The translations under genes and the position numbers were made by a program. The notes under the pieces were generated by a model. It saw only the letters and a program-made list of their open reading frames with translations, was not told the DNA's origin and did no database searches. Of a stretch of 64,000 nt of DNA, positions 18,465 to 28,450 are shown piece after piece; the stretch's first letter is position 1; every line of letters starts with the position of its first letter. The stretch lies in NCBI GenBank assembly GCA_000146465.1, contig CP001942.1. One strand, written 5' to 3'.

Positions 18465-18866
18465 TTAGGAAGAAACCCCCTTTAGTAAAGCAGCTTGAAC
18501 AAACCCAGCTTCAGATGTCTGCTCGCAGTAGTCCTGGATTCCTGCAACACAACATCCTTTGGTCTTTACTTTTCCACTGGAGTTGGCATTCTCTACTCCA
18601 ACAATCTTTCCAAGTTCAAGGCGGGTTTCAATCGAGATAATTGGAATCTCCTTTTTCTTTGCCAGAAGTGTAACAAGCTTTGCAATTCTTGGCTCGGCAT
18701 CCTCTGCAAGCATCACAAAGTTCATTTTACCTGCAAGCATTTTCTTTGTTGTTTCCCGAGCCCCTCTGCTTAGCTTACAATATGTCCTAGACACCTTGCA
18801 CACCTTCGAAAGTGCATCCTGGAGGGTCATCTCCGGCTCCATCATCGGTTCTTGCATTTCGCTCAT
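18465..18866 (-). CDS. RPS12: 40S ribosomal protein S12e (L7Ae/L30e fold)
   Basis: 'LSKVCKVSRTY..LSRGARETTKKMLAGKMNFVMLAEDAEP...VTLLAKKKEIPII...GCCVAGIQDY' matches the S12e consensus. The start was trimmed to the 'MSEMQEP' Met, and 'MLTKEK' at 18894 is an alternative. Confidence 0.75.
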   Translation of the reverse strand: MSEMQEPMMEPEMTLQDALSKVCKVSRTYCKLSRGARETTKKMLAGKMNFVMLAEDAEPRIAKLVTLLAKKKEIPIISIETRLELGKIVGVENANSSGKVKTKGCCVAGIQDYCEQTSEAGFVQAALLKGVSS

Positions 18867-19002
18867 TGGAGGGTAAATTTTTTCTTTCGTTAACATTCCT
18901 ACAAACCAAAGATGCCGAGGCCATAGAAACACCATAGCACCCTGTTGTTGCGGGACTTTGCTCTAAAAGTCTTCATATTACTTTTCCAGAAAACATTCTG
19001 GA

Positions 19003-19434
19003 ATGCATTTTATTGGTAAACAAAACAACCCCAAGATGCCAATTGTTGTACGCGACTGCAGTGGGATGAGCACCGGCGAGATTAGTGCAAAGGTAAGAGA
19101 GATAGGAAAGCCGGTTCTTCTGAAATTCTCTTCAGAGGGATGTGCTCCGTGCGAAGACCTAAAGGAGAAGCTTGGGCAGTACCAAACAGACCTGGAGGTC
19201 AATGTTTTGGAACTTCGAAGAACAAGAACATCCTCCTACGCGGATCTCTGGGACAAGTTTGACATCACAGCATTTCCAACAATTGTGCTTGTAGATAAAG
19301 ATTTGGAGGAGATAAGGAGCACCGATGAAATAAACGGCAAAACTCTAAGCAGGATCATTGGCTCAAACATCAAGAAATTTGAAGAGCTCATCAATGGACA
19401 CAGGAATTTGTTTAAGCAGGGCTGTTCTCAATAA
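19003..19434 (+). CDS. Thioredoxin-fold protein
   Basis: A CxxC active site ('SSEGCAPCEDLK') and the downstream 'FPTIVLV' cis-Pro region are present. The start may be the Met at 19036. Confidence 0.55.
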   Translation: MHFIGKQNNPKMPIVVRDCSGMSTGEISAKVREIGKPVLLKFSSEGCAPCEDLKEKLGQYQTDLEVNVLELRRTRTSSYADLWDKFDITAFPTIVLVDKDLEEIRSTDEINGKTLSRIIGSNIKKFEELINGHRNLFKQGCSQ

Positions 19435-19438
19435 ACTT

Positions 19439-19918
19439 TTATAGTCCCTTCCATTCTGGTCTGCTGTGATATTTCCTGATGTTCTCTTTTACATTCTCTA
19501 TATATCTTTGTGGGTCTTTTTTGAAACATGCACTAGCATCTGTGTTTGCAGGGCTGCGTGTGTTAGGACTTCCAAGCAGCTGCTGAATTCCGCACAAGAC
19601 ATTCATCACATTCAAACTGGGCTTCCATCTGTCTCCAATAATATCGAGGCATACCTGGTTTGTAGGATATACATTCGGATGGTACACAGGATGCTTGAAC
19701 ATAACCTGTGGAGGGCTGAATGGATAGTCATCTGGGAAGTCCACGTAAAGTGTGTAATAAGATCCTTCGTATACACTGTCTTGGGGCCCAGGAATTCCAC
19801 ATTCCCATCTTGTTATACCTCTTCTCGGCTTCTTAGGTACCGGAACTGCATAAAACTTGTACTTTCTGTTTTTAGTTAAGTTCTCCTGCTCTGCTAAAAG
19901 CCTTTCCAGATTTGCCAT
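19439..19918 (-). CDS. UBC9: SUMO-conjugating enzyme UBC9
   Basis: 'FYAVPVPKK..RWECGIPGPQDSVYEGSYYTLYVDFPDDYPFSPPQVMFKHPVYHPNVYPTNQVCLDII' matches UBC9. The start was trimmed to 'MANLERLLAEQ'. Confidence 0.75.
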   Translation of the reverse strand: MANLERLLAEQENLTKNRKYKFYAVPVPKKPRRGITRWECGIPGPQDSVYEGSYYTLYVDFPDDYPFSPPQVMFKHPVYHPNVYPTNQVCLDIIGDRWKPSLNVMNVLCGIQQLLGSPNTRSPANTDASACFKKDPQRYIENVKENIRKYHSRPEWKGL

Positions 19919-19989
19919 TAAAGGGATGTGCCAGAGGCCAAAAGAAACTACAGCCAAATGACCAGAAAAGGCCTCGTTTTGCAGCCCTA

Positions 19990-20478
19990 ATGGAAAGAGA
20001 AGCGTTTACCGAGTCTGACGAGGAAAACATCCAAGTGATTCTAAACCCATATCCTTTGGCTACCGAAAACGCCCTAAACGGAATAGACGCATCCAGTGAT
20101 CCAGAAGAAAGAAATAAGTTTGTCCAGGATCTCTCCATCATTCTGTCAAACTATGCTGCTGTTTTGAATCCAAAGGTCCAGGAAAAGTTCCCAGCACTCG
20201 TCCGCCTACTGAAGAGCAAGGACATATACAATTCCAGTGCCCTGATGCTGTCGGATGCATGTCGGCATATAGTCGGCATCCAAAATGCATTCAAAGCCCT
20301 TGGTGTCTTCGAGAATCTGGATTTCACCCCAGACCATTACAAGGCATCTGTATCTCTGGTATACTCCCTGTGCATGGAGAACAAGACCAATACAACGTAC
20401 TTCATCGAAAAATACTATAATGAGGAGCGGGATAAAGACAATCCTCTTTTACAAAGCATCAGAAACCAGTCGTTTTGA
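19990..20478 (+). CDS. Hypothetical protein
   Basis: The ORF is 162 aa. The start was moved to the Met at 19990 to avoid overlapping the divergent UBC9 start. No recognisable motif. Confidence 0.35.
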   Translation: MEREAFTESDEENIQVILNPYPLATENALNGIDASSDPEERNKFVQDLSIILSNYAAVLNPKVQEKFPALVRLLKSKDIYNSSALMLSDACRHIVGIQNAFKALGVFENLDFTPDHYKASVSLVYSLCMENKTNTTYFIEKYYNEERDKDNPLLQSIRNQSF

Positions 20479-20520
20479 GCCCATCTCTTAAACACCTACA
20501 ATAAAAGCAAATTTCCTTTA

Positions 20521-20808
20521 TTATTTCCAATTGATTTTGAACTCAAGGATACTTTCAAGCTCCTGTGCAATCTTTTCATTGTAGACCGCTTCACCTCTTT
20601 CCCAACTATCGATCACAGATACATTTTTTTTCATCTTTTGAGCCAGATCTTTTCTTGACATTCCCTTCCGAGTCCTTGCATTTGCTATGGAATCCCCAGC
20701 CTCCTTGCTCACCATCTTAAGTTCGGAGTCTTCTAAGGCCGCTGTCTTCGGCTTGTTTTGGTCTTCGGGCTTCTTCTTCGTTAGAATTATCGGCTTGTTG
20801 TTTCTCAT
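20521..20808 (-). CDS. MBF1: Multiprotein bridging factor 1 (MBF1, HTH-XRE)
   Basis: The N-terminus 'PIILTKKKP' is followed by an HTH region, 'ARTRKGMSRKDLAQKMKKNVSVIDSWERGEA', typical of MBF1. The longer ORF to 20898 would overlap the Hop2 3' end. Confidence 0.6.
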   Translation of the reverse strand: MRNNKPIILTKKKPEDQNKPKTAALEDSELKMVSKEAGDSIANARTRKGMSRKDLAQKMKKNVSVIDSWERGEAVYNEKIAQELESILEFKINWK

Positions 20809-20872
20809 AAGGGATATCTTTACACTTCTAAAATATTGCCGTTTAATGATATGAAAAACCTGCTCCTGGGAA

Positions 20873-21466
20873 TCAGACCTCAATCCCAATTTCTTCATAT
20901 ACCTCGGACTTCTTCATATCCATCCCCTCGGAAAGCCTTTCAACAACTTCATTGAATATCCTTCTGATCTTCTTGAGCCCGGACTGTGCTTTTTCATAAC
21001 TCTTTCGGGCGCTTTCCATATCTTTCTTGGATACCTTCCTCTCTCCGTTTCTGAAGTTCTCAAGTCTTTCAGAGTTGTCTCCAACTGCCCTATCCAGAAG
21101 CCCGATACTTTCCTCCAGCTGTTCAATGGACAGCATCTTATCAAGCATCCGGATCTCCATATTGATCGCATTGGTTTCGTCTTCAAGCAACTTTTTTTTC
21201 TCTTCATATTCTTGGAGCTCGGCACTTAATTTAACATCCTCTTCATTCTGAAATAGATCTTGGTTGACAAGATATATTTTTGACTTTCCATAAGTCTTTG
21301 TTACCAGTCTTCCCTCCTGCTCCAGATCGTCTAGGATTTCCTGTATTCCTGTTCCTCCTATCTCTCCCTTGAAGTATGCCACCACCTCAGACTTGGATGT
21401 GGGTCTGTTACACTTGTACATCATTTGAAATACTCTTTCCCCATCATCCTCATAATTTTCCTTCAT
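20873..21466 (-). CDS. HOP2: Homologous-pairing protein 2 (Hop2/TBPIP) homologue
   Basis: An N-terminal winged-helix region ('YKCNRPTSKSEVVAYFK...GRLVTKTYGKSKIYLVNQD') leads into a coiled coil. The C-terminus 'VYEEIGIEV' resembles the Hop2 family tail. Confidence 0.55.
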   Translation of the reverse strand: MKENYEDDGERVFQMMYKCNRPTSKSEVVAYFKGEIGGTGIQEILDDLEQEGRLVTKTYGKSKIYLVNQDLFQNEEDVKLSAELQEYEEKKKLLEDETNAINMEIRMLDKMLSIEQLEESIGLLDRAVGDNSERLENFRNGERKVSKKDMESARKSYEKAQSGLKKIRRIFNEVVERLSEGMDMKKSEVYEEIGIEV

Positions 21467-21549
21467 TATAGGGTGATTTCAACCTATCAAATCTATTCTA
21501 TGTTTGGAAATCTGTCAAGCATAAATCTCCAGGTTCCGAAAGCCCTAGA

Positions 21550-22455
21550 ATGATCTGCAAAACTCAGAAGCTTAACAACGGAAACGAGATGCCCACTGTG
21601 GGTCTTGGAACATGGGGGCTGGAGGACGAGGAAGTTCTTGAATGCTCAATAAGAAACGCGCTCGATATGGGATATAGGCACATAGACACTGCATTTATAT
21701 ACGGTAATGAAAAGATTATAGGAAACATTCTAAGGAAACTGTTTAAAGAAGGTGTAGTGCAAAGAAAAGATCTGTTCATAACCTCGAAGCTTTGGAATAC
21801 TTTCCACGGATGCCCTGAGGATGCGTTGAGAAATACATTGAATGACCTTCAGACAGACTACGTGGACTTGTATCTTATCCATTGGCCTGTAGCACTCGAT
21901 CCGGCACCCGACGGTACTGTAGAGTCTTTCGGAAAAAAATACAGTGTTGGGAAGTTTAACCCGGTCTCTCTGTGGAAGAAGATGGAGAAACTTGTTGACC
22001 TTGGCCTAGCAAAGTCGATTGGGATATCGAATTTCGGCAAAGACAACACAGAGAAGATTCTCCAGGAATGCAGAATCCTCCCGGCAGTGGCTCAAATTGA
22101 ACTACATCCATACTTGAACCAGAAGGAACTTGTGGAATTCATGAAGTCCAAGAATATCCAAGTTGTAAGCTATTCGTCCCTTGGATCGGCATCGGACTCA
22201 CCCCTGAAGGTTCGAGATGACGAGACCATCAAGAGCATAGCCAGGAAATACGAATGCACTCCGTCCCAAGTAATACTCAGTTACATTACTTCCCAGGGGA
22301 TTTGTGTGATTCCAAGGAGTAAGTCTAAGGAACATCTGAAAGAAAACATCGACCTGAAAGAGTTGTCGAAGGAAGATATCTCTGCCATTGATGCCCTCGA
22401 CAGAGGACACAGGTATATCGATCCTACCAGATTTGGGCCTGACAGATTCCTATAA
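21550..22455 (+). CDS. Aldo-keto reductase
   Basis: AKR signatures are present: 'GYRHIDTAFIYGNE', 'LYLIHWPVA' and 'IGISNF'. Confidence 0.75.
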   Translation: MICKTQKLNNGNEMPTVGLGTWGLEDEEVLECSIRNALDMGYRHIDTAFIYGNEKIIGNILRKLFKEGVVQRKDLFITSKLWNTFHGCPEDALRNTLNDLQTDYVDLYLIHWPVALDPAPDGTVESFGKKYSVGKFNPVSLWKKMEKLVDLGLAKSIGISNFGKDNTEKILQECRILPAVAQIELHPYLNQKELVEFMKSKNIQVVSYSSLGSASDSPLKVRDDETIKSIARKYECTPSQVILSYITSQGICVIPRSKSKEHLKENIDLKELSKEDISAIDALDRGHRYIDPTRFGPDRFL

Positions 22456-22497
22456 AGGATCTGATTTGATTTTCTTGATATTTTGCAATGAAGCCCA

Positions 22498-22761
22498 ATG
22501 GACTGGGGGAATCTCAAGGACATGAAGAGAGAAACAATTTATCTAATAGTGGGAGATGACATTGCTTATCTCGACAAAGAGAGTGTACAAAAGAAAAGAG
22601 TCCATTCAGTCGACTACTTCACAGTAGGAGGAGCGTGTGTGATAAAGGGAAGAACTAAGTATTTATGCTCTTGTGGTTATGAGATATGCTGGCATTCCAT
22701 AAGGGTTTCTACTTTCGTTGAGACAACGGCAGAGGAGTGGAGGGACAGATCTCCAGGCTAA
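22498..22761 (+). CDS. Small hypothetical protein with Cys cluster
   Basis: The 87-aa ORF is the only one filling a roughly 300-bp gap. It carries 'GGACVIKGRTKYLCSCGYEICWH', which may be a zinc-ribbon-like motif. Confidence 0.25.
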   Translation: MDWGNLKDMKRETIYLIVGDDIAYLDKESVQKKRVHSVDYFTVGGACVIKGRTKYLCSCGYEICWHSIRVSTFVETTAEEWRDRSPG

Positions 22762-22763
22762 TG

Positions 22764-24038
22764 CTAAAGATGCTTAAGACTTATCAACTTCGGTGAGCTA
22801 CCAGATATACAGATGCACAAGTATGACCCACTTGTAGAAAATAAAAGTTTGAAGACACTTCCGTCCACCTTGTATCTGTAAACTTCTCTGCATCTGGAAT
22901 CACTAAGTATTACCTCTCCGTCCAAAGAGCCACTTGCAATCAGATATGAGGAGCAGTCAACTGCTAAAACTTTGTCTTTGTGTTCTAACCTGCAGACAGG
23001 TGTTGACTTCTCAATGTCCCACAACTTGACAAGCCTATCAGATCCACATGTCACAATCTTGTCATTTGTCCATTTATGGTCATTGACACCACCCTCGTGG
23101 GCATTTATCTTACTTCCCTCCATAGACCCGACATCCCACACCCCAAAGGTACCGTCATGGGATGATGTTGATAGCATCGACTCATTATACTCCATTCCAC
23201 TGATTTGGCCTTTGTGGGTGCCAATTCGAGACACCTTCGACTCGCTAACATCCACAAAAGAAACAGAAAAGTCACTTAGGCTGCATCCAACTTCATTTTC
23301 CCCCATCCATACAACATCCTCTACCTCACATTCTGAGACATTCACCTCTGTAATTCCATTGTTCATCATAACAATGCGTCCATCTCTTCCAGAAGAAAGA
23401 ATTCCTCTTCCTCGTTGCCTTACTCTTGTGACGCTCTTGCTATGGCACGCATAGCTTCTTGTCCTTCCGCTTGACACATTAACAGTTATTACTTCTCCAC
23501 CTTCGTTCCCAACAACTAGCTCATCGTCGTTCCAGGATAGCGATGTCAGATTCTTCATCTCTCTTTTCCATCGAAGACCTTCACTCCCAATCCCAAGAAC
23601 TTCCCCAGCTGCAGTGTAAATCCCCAGGGAGTCTCTATTCCAGCAGGAAAGGAGCCCAACCCCCATCCTGTCAAGACTTATTTCTTCGACATCAACCGAC
23701 ATGGTTCCCTTTTCTTCAGAGATATGATCTTCTCTGGAACTTGGAGGTTCTTTCTTCAGAAAGCCACATACATGCTCCTCCGATAGACAGAATCTGGTTT
23801 CACAGGCAACCACTGAATTTCCTTGAAGATGCTTAGTTCCATACAGATACTGCAGTCCTTTTCCAACAAGAGATATCAGACTATGGGGTAAAGGTTTGTC
23901 GCTGGGGGCTGCCTCGTTCTTAAATGTGAAAAGAGTGTATATGTATCCTTCATCCTCAAGATACTTGTAAACTAGCTGGTTTATCTCGTCCCTCGACATT
24001 TCGATCATTGTTCTTAAACTTCTATGGGCTGGCATCAA
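22764..24038 (-). CDS. LisH + WD40 repeat protein (TBL1/Sif2-like)
   Basis: An N-terminal LisH motif ('EINQLVYKYLEDEGYIYTLFTF') precedes a C-terminal WD40 propeller with several 'GS.D..VKLWD'-type repeats. Confidence 0.55.
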   Translation of the reverse strand: MMPAHRSLRTMIEMSRDEINQLVYKYLEDEGYIYTLFTFKNEAAPSDKPLPHSLISLVGKGLQYLYGTKHLQGNSVVACETRFCLSEEHVCGFLKKEPPSSREDHISEEKGTMSVDVEEISLDRMGVGLLSCWNRDSLGIYTAAGEVLGIGSEGLRWKREMKNLTSLSWNDDELVVGNEGGEVITVNVSSGRTRSYACHSKSVTRVRQRGRGILSSGRDGRIVMMNNGITEVNVSECEVEDVVWMGENEVGCSLSDFSVSFVDVSESKVSRIGTHKGQISGMEYNESMLSTSSHDGTFGVWDVGSMEGSKINAHEGGVNDHKWTNDKIVTCGSDRLVKLWDIEKSTPVCRLEHKDKVLAVDCSSYLIASGSLDGEVILSDSRCREVYRYKVDGSVFKLLFSTSGSYLCICISGSSPKLISLKHL

Positions 24039-27000
24039 GTGTTATCATTTAAGCGTTGTAATGGACTCAAATGGTTACCCCGGAGAATGCTGATAGGCAA
24101 GTTGGAGGAGTTTCCATCGCTCAAAAACCCTTCTGGACAGGAAGGAAATCCACTCAGACGCAAGAAGAGGAAGCTTATTCTGTATTCCCTGTACATCTTC
24201 TCTGTAATTGCAATGTGCCGTCTGACCAAGACATTCTATTGGCTTTACACTTTAGACCTTAGTAAGTTGCAACTCAACAAAGTGGTTTATGACACAAAGA
24301 CATGGAAGAAAATAGAGGTGGGAATTTCGCTTGAGAACTCGGAGTCCCCGATTCATGTGAAGTTTACAGATGTATATGCCAATCTATTCAGTATATCACC
24401 AGATGGAAGCGAGAATCCTTTACTTTCACTGAGGATTCCAATGGCAAACATTGCAAAGCACAAGAATATCCTGTTTAATGGAGACATATACATAGAAAAC
24501 TTCAATAGGAGGAATGTGATTGAATCAAGATTTTCGGTTCACTTTGGAATCAGAATGGATGCACGGATGTACCCCCGGTTGTGCTTTATAAGATTTCCTT
24601 TTCGTAACTCGCAATCCTTCTCCCTGGGGAGCTCTGTCTCAAGTCCTGGGAAAGAGGTTGTGCTTAAACAGGTGTATGCAGAATCGAGAGATGGAATGCT
24701 TCTGCTAGAGTGTGAGATAGACAACAAAAAATTCAATGTCCCGAAGTTTGTTGCGATCCGGAGCCGTGGGGTTGTGATTAACTTTGGAGGGAAGGGCAAC
24801 CCAAGGATTGTAAACGTCGGACCTGTGGAGGTGGATGGATCCATATTCCTGACTCCCTTGATTATAAGGATCAGCATCACCCCTGAATGGGGAGAAGAGC
24901 TTAAGGAAAATCTCATCAAGGGACTTAATGGAGAAGAGGTAAGCATCAAGGTGAAGGGCTTCTACTTTAAGGGAGACGACGAAAACCCGTCGGAAAAATG
25001 GATTGGCCTCGGACTTAGTATTGGGTTCAATACCAGAAGCTTTCGAAGCCATGACATAGCGTTTAAGAACAGGAAGAAGAAATGCCCTATTCTTAAGAAG
25101 CCATTGGTAATTCTAAAGAACGGCATATTGGAAGACCTTCCAGGGTTCCGTGCATTTATTCGAAAGGAAATCTTTCCGTTCATCGAGAGCCACAGCATCC
25201 TAGTGATGCGCTCGAACATGTTCTTCGGGGACATCTATTTCAACAAATTCCTGATTGGAAGGATCAAAATCTTCATTGATAACGGAGACGAGTATTTTGT
25301 GGTGACATGCATGCTTTCTGAATTTGATTCTGAGGAGCTTCTGAAGGCCTTCAGATCGTCGAATGAAAAGGAAGTGAAGATTGTCTTTGGTTCTTCCAAC
25401 GGCCTGATGGTTCTTGTAAATGACATTGAGCTTGTGTGGAATCTATCTAAAGGACTGTTGTATCTTTTTTACAAGAACCACGAGTACAACATTTTGTCCT
25501 CCCAAAAGGATTTGAATGTAATTGATGTCTTACATACTGTTTCAAGTGGTTTATCATCCCTCCGGATCGATACCCTGGCCAGGTTTTCTCCAGGGAGGAA
25601 GAGCTCCTTTACAACCTTCCAACTGAAGCTTGTTGGATTCGACTTTTCCTTTTCCAATGCGGGAATAAATGCGAAATTCTCTGTGGAGGACACCAACATA
25701 ATATACCAGAACAGTGAAGAGCCGTTGAACAGAAGGATCTTTGGGGAGTTTTTGATGCATACAAACATCAGCGACTCACTGAAAAGCATACTTGAGAAGT
25801 TAGAACACAACGGAGACTCTTCGGAGAAGGAAGAGAAGGAGGATGGCAGAAGACTCCTCCTCAAATACAACAAGGACAAGCCTTGCAAAATAAGAAAGCA
25901 TTTTTTCTCTGTGCATCTCCTGGAGGATGAAACACCCCAGTACTCTGGAGTAGTCATACGAAATGTTATTAGAATACCATGCGACACAAGGTTCAATCTG
26001 ACAGCCTACACAAAGAACCTAAACCTGAAGAGGGCCAAGCCAGTTGTTGTAAACTTTGGGTATACCAAGATCTGCTATTTGTTGATGAAAGGTGGATCAC
26101 GGATAGAGCTTGGGAATGGGATAGACTTTTCGGTGTCTTTTTCGAACCTACATGACCTCGTAGCGTTAGGAGCGAATAATGTAGCTGTTGTTTGTGATGA
26201 GGGGGATTATGTAGCAAGAGCAATCAAGGACATACTTGCTTGGATCACAAGAAGAGACGATGAGGATGGTGTTAAAAAGCAGATATGTCCTAAAGACATG
26301 GTGTTTAAGTCTAAGTTAAAGAGGTTGAAGGACTGGGCTCTGAGCACCGGGCGTGTATATGAAGGAATCACAGAGATATCCATTCCCATTGAGATGTTCA
26401 ATTCTACAAACATTGAATTCGATATTCCAAACGTTGGATTTATGGTCTTGGAAGAGGAGAACAAGAGCACACCCTATAGGGGGTTTGGGTCCATAGAAAT
26501 CTTGCCCAGCATCCAATACATGTTTGAGGGCCATATATACAAATCTTTTGGAGTGCTATACAGATTTTCCGAGATTTCCTCAAACAATACTTTGTTAAAC
26601 ATGCATCTTATTGTCGAGGATAAGATATACGAATCGGAGATAATAAATTACGACTCATACAGAAGAGTGATGGGGGATGTAAGGGATGAGATGTTCAAAA
26701 AGGATGACAAGAAGGAAAAGAAGGGAATGTCTGTTGAGATCTCCAGCTCAACCAACTTTAGGATACAGAGGATTGGGAAGACTATCTCTTCCGAGGGAGA
26801 CACCTGGTTTGTGAAGATTGTTAACAATAATCTGAGAGACTTCTTGTTTTTGGGGATTCCTAATCTTCTTTTGAAGTCTTTCTATGGGGTTATACCGTCA
26901 GGAATAAGGTTTGAGATTGACATGGACAAAAATGCCATGGGGCTTTACATAGGGTCACGAGAAACAAATCCTTGGGAAATCCAAGGAGAGAGGAAGGAAG

Positions 27001-27794
27001 ACGGATTCTATGACATTCTCGACGTTAGACTCTCCAGAATCTTGTTCTCCGACATGATCAAATACAATTTCGAGGTCGTGGAGAAGTATTCTAATGGGAA
27101 GAAAATCACAATAGTGAAAAGTCCATACCACAACTCTTTCGAAGATACATCAGAGTATAAGGATTGGAACCTCAGCAGCAAGTTTGAATTAGAAGGAACT
27201 ATCCCAAACCAGGGGGGCGTATGGATTACCAAGTTAAAGTTCAGTATACCAATTGCATTTGCTTTTGCAAGTCTCTTCCCCGGAAATGGTCCCTATTCTC
27301 CCAAGATGAATGCCTTAGGAATGTACCTGGAGTTTTTCCTTCCGTTTGACCTCTTTATTAAATCTTCGGAGCTCCCGGCCGAGATTGTGCTTGTTTCAAA
27401 ATCCAATGACAGGGAGCTCTGTAGACTTGGGTTTGGGATGGCAGCAAAGAGGCCAAACGTGTTTTTTATGAGTATCTCTGTCCCGCCAAAGTCGTACATA
27501 CTAAGTCTTAAAAATGTTTTAGAGCGCTATAGAATTAGGAGGAAGTATAAGAATGACATCAACCTTCCTAAGATCCAGCAGGATGTATCGATATCAGTCT
27601 CTGTTAATGGAGTTGAGGTCTTCAAGGTCCTCAATAGAATATTAATAGATGCTTATGAATTTAGCGGTTTCATACACACATTGGCTTTCCTCGAAAAACG
27701 CCTGGTAAAGCTCACAGGCTTCATGGCAAAGAGGATTCAAGTAGGGCTTCAAGAAAAGAAAAAGAAACAACCTCCAGCATTGGAGGGCCATTAG
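24024..27794 (+). CDS. Large 1256-aa hypothetical protein (beta-rich; function unknown)
   Basis: The ORF is uninterrupted over 3.7 kb. A basic N-terminus ('RRKKRK') is followed by a hydrophobic anchor-like segment ('LILYSLYIFSVIAMC'), a long non-repetitive body rich in F/I/V/N/S/K/E, and a basic C-terminus ('QEKKKKQ'). The true start may be an internal Met. Confidence 0.5.
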   Translation: MGWHQVLSFKRCNGLKWLPRRMLIGKLEEFPSLKNPSGQEGNPLRRKKRKLILYSLYIFSVIAMCRLTKTFYWLYTLDLSKLQLNKVVYDTKTWKKIEVGISLENSESPIHVKFTDVYANLFSISPDGSENPLLSLRIPMANIAKHKNILFNGDIYIENFNRRNVIESRFSVHFGIRMDARMYPRLCFIRFPFRNSQSFSLGSSVSSPGKEVVLKQVYAESRDGMLLLECEIDNKKFNVPKFVAIRSRGVVINFGGKGNPRIVNVGPVEVDGSIFLTPLIIRISITPEWGEELKENLIKGLNGEEVSIKVKGFYFKGDDENPSEKWIGLGLSIGFNTRSFRSHDIAFKNRKKKCPILKKPLVILKNGILEDLPGFRAFIRKEIFPFIESHSILVMRSNMFFGDIYFNKFLIGRIKIFIDNGDEYFVVTCMLSEFDSEELLKAFRSSNEKEVKIVFGSSNGLMVLVNDIELVWNLSKGLLYLFYKNHEYNILSSQKDLNVIDVLHTVSSGLSSLRIDTLARFSPGRKSSFTTFQLKLVGFDFSFSNAGINAKFSVEDTNIIYQNSEEPLNRRIFGEFLMHTNISDSLKSILEKLEHNGDSSEKEEKEDGRRLLLKYNKDKPCKIRKHFFSVHLLEDETPQYSGVVIRNVIRIPCDTRFNLTAYTKNLNLKRAKPVVVNFGYTKICYLLMKGGSRIELGNGIDFSVSFSNLHDLVALGANNVAVVCDEGDYVARAIKDILAWITRRDDEDGVKKQICPKDMVFKSKLKRLKDWALSTGRVYEGITEISIPIEMFNSTNIEFDIPNVGFMVLEEENKSTPYRGFGSIEILPSIQYMFEGHIYKSFGVLYRFSEISSNNTLLNMHLIVEDKIYESEIINYDSYRRVMGDVRDEMFKKDDKKEKKGMSVEISSSTNFRIQRIGKTISSEGDTWFVKIVNNNLRDFLFLGIPNLLLKSFYGVIPSGIRFEIDMDKNAMGLYIGSRETNPWEIQGERKEDGFYDILDVRLSRILFSDMIKYNFEVVEKYSNGKKITIVKSPYHNSFEDTSEYKDWNLSSKFELEGTIPNQGGVWITKLKFSIPIAFAFASLFPGNGPYSPKMNALGMYLEFFLPFDLFIKSSELPAEIVLVSKSNDRELCRLGFGMAAKRPNVFFMSISVPPKSYILSLKNVLERYRIRRKYKNDINLPKIQQDVSISVSVNGVEVFKVLNRILIDAYEFSGFIHTLAFLEKRLVKLTGFMAKRIQVGLQEKKKKQPPALEGH

Positions 27795-27880
27795 TAAATA
27801 TATATCTTAAATGGACGTGCTTCTTCTGCATAGGCTTTTCCGAGAAACCTCAAAACAAAATCCCTGCCCATCGATACCAA

Positions 27881-28450
27881 ATGAAATCAAATGTGATTTT
27901 CAATGTTCCAAACTCTGTTGGATATCTCAGAATTATTCTCCTAGTCCTGTCTGTCTTTGCACCTGGCAGAGGATTTGTTGTCTTGTATAGTCTTTCGTCC
28001 CTCCTTGACATCTTTGATGGGCACCTTGCAAGAATGTTTGGCCAATGCACATTGCTAGGATCATGCCTAGACATGATAACCGATCGGACCTCTACCGTCG
28101 TGATCTCCCTTCACATAATCCACAAGAGGCCTGAATTCCTCCAGCTCCTAGTTTTGTACATAGTACTCGATCTTGTTTCTCATTTCATATACTTCCACAT
28201 GTCGGCGCTGTCTGGGAAACACCACAAAGGAACAGACAATAAAATCCTGAGGACCTACTACGACAGGCGGGTCCTGGGGCCTATATGTCTACTGAGCGAG
28301 GTGTTCTTTATGTATGTCTACTGCTTCTCCAACAGAGGAATCCTTTTCTATACTCTCGCAGGAATTGTTGCAACCAAAACAATATTCCATCTTGCCCAGC
28401 TTTTTGAAGCAATTTCAGCCATAAGCAACATTCATTCCAATGGGAAGTGA
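27881..28450 (+). CDS. PIS1: CDP-diacylglycerol--inositol 3-phosphatidyltransferase (PI synthase)
   Basis: The CDP-alcohol phosphatidyltransferase motif 'DIFDGHLARMFGQCTLLGSCLDMITDRTS' matches the D-G-x2-A-R-x8-G-x3-D-x3-D pattern. The protein is small and multi-pass. Confidence 0.7.
   Translation: MKSNVIFNVPNSVGYLRIILLVLSVFAPGRGFVVLYSLSSLLDIFDGHLARMFGQCTLLGSCLDMITDRTSTVVISLHIIHKRPEFLQLLVLYIVLDLVSHFIYFHMSALSGKHHKGTDNKILRTYYDRRVLGPICLLSEVFFMYVYCFSNRGILFYTLAGIVATKTIFHLAQLFEAISAISNIHSNGK

Noticed and set aside
22972-23836. Plus-strand ORFs of 97-160 aa
   Set aside because: They are antisense to the LisH-WD40 gene. They are Ser/Thr/Pro-rich with no motifs.
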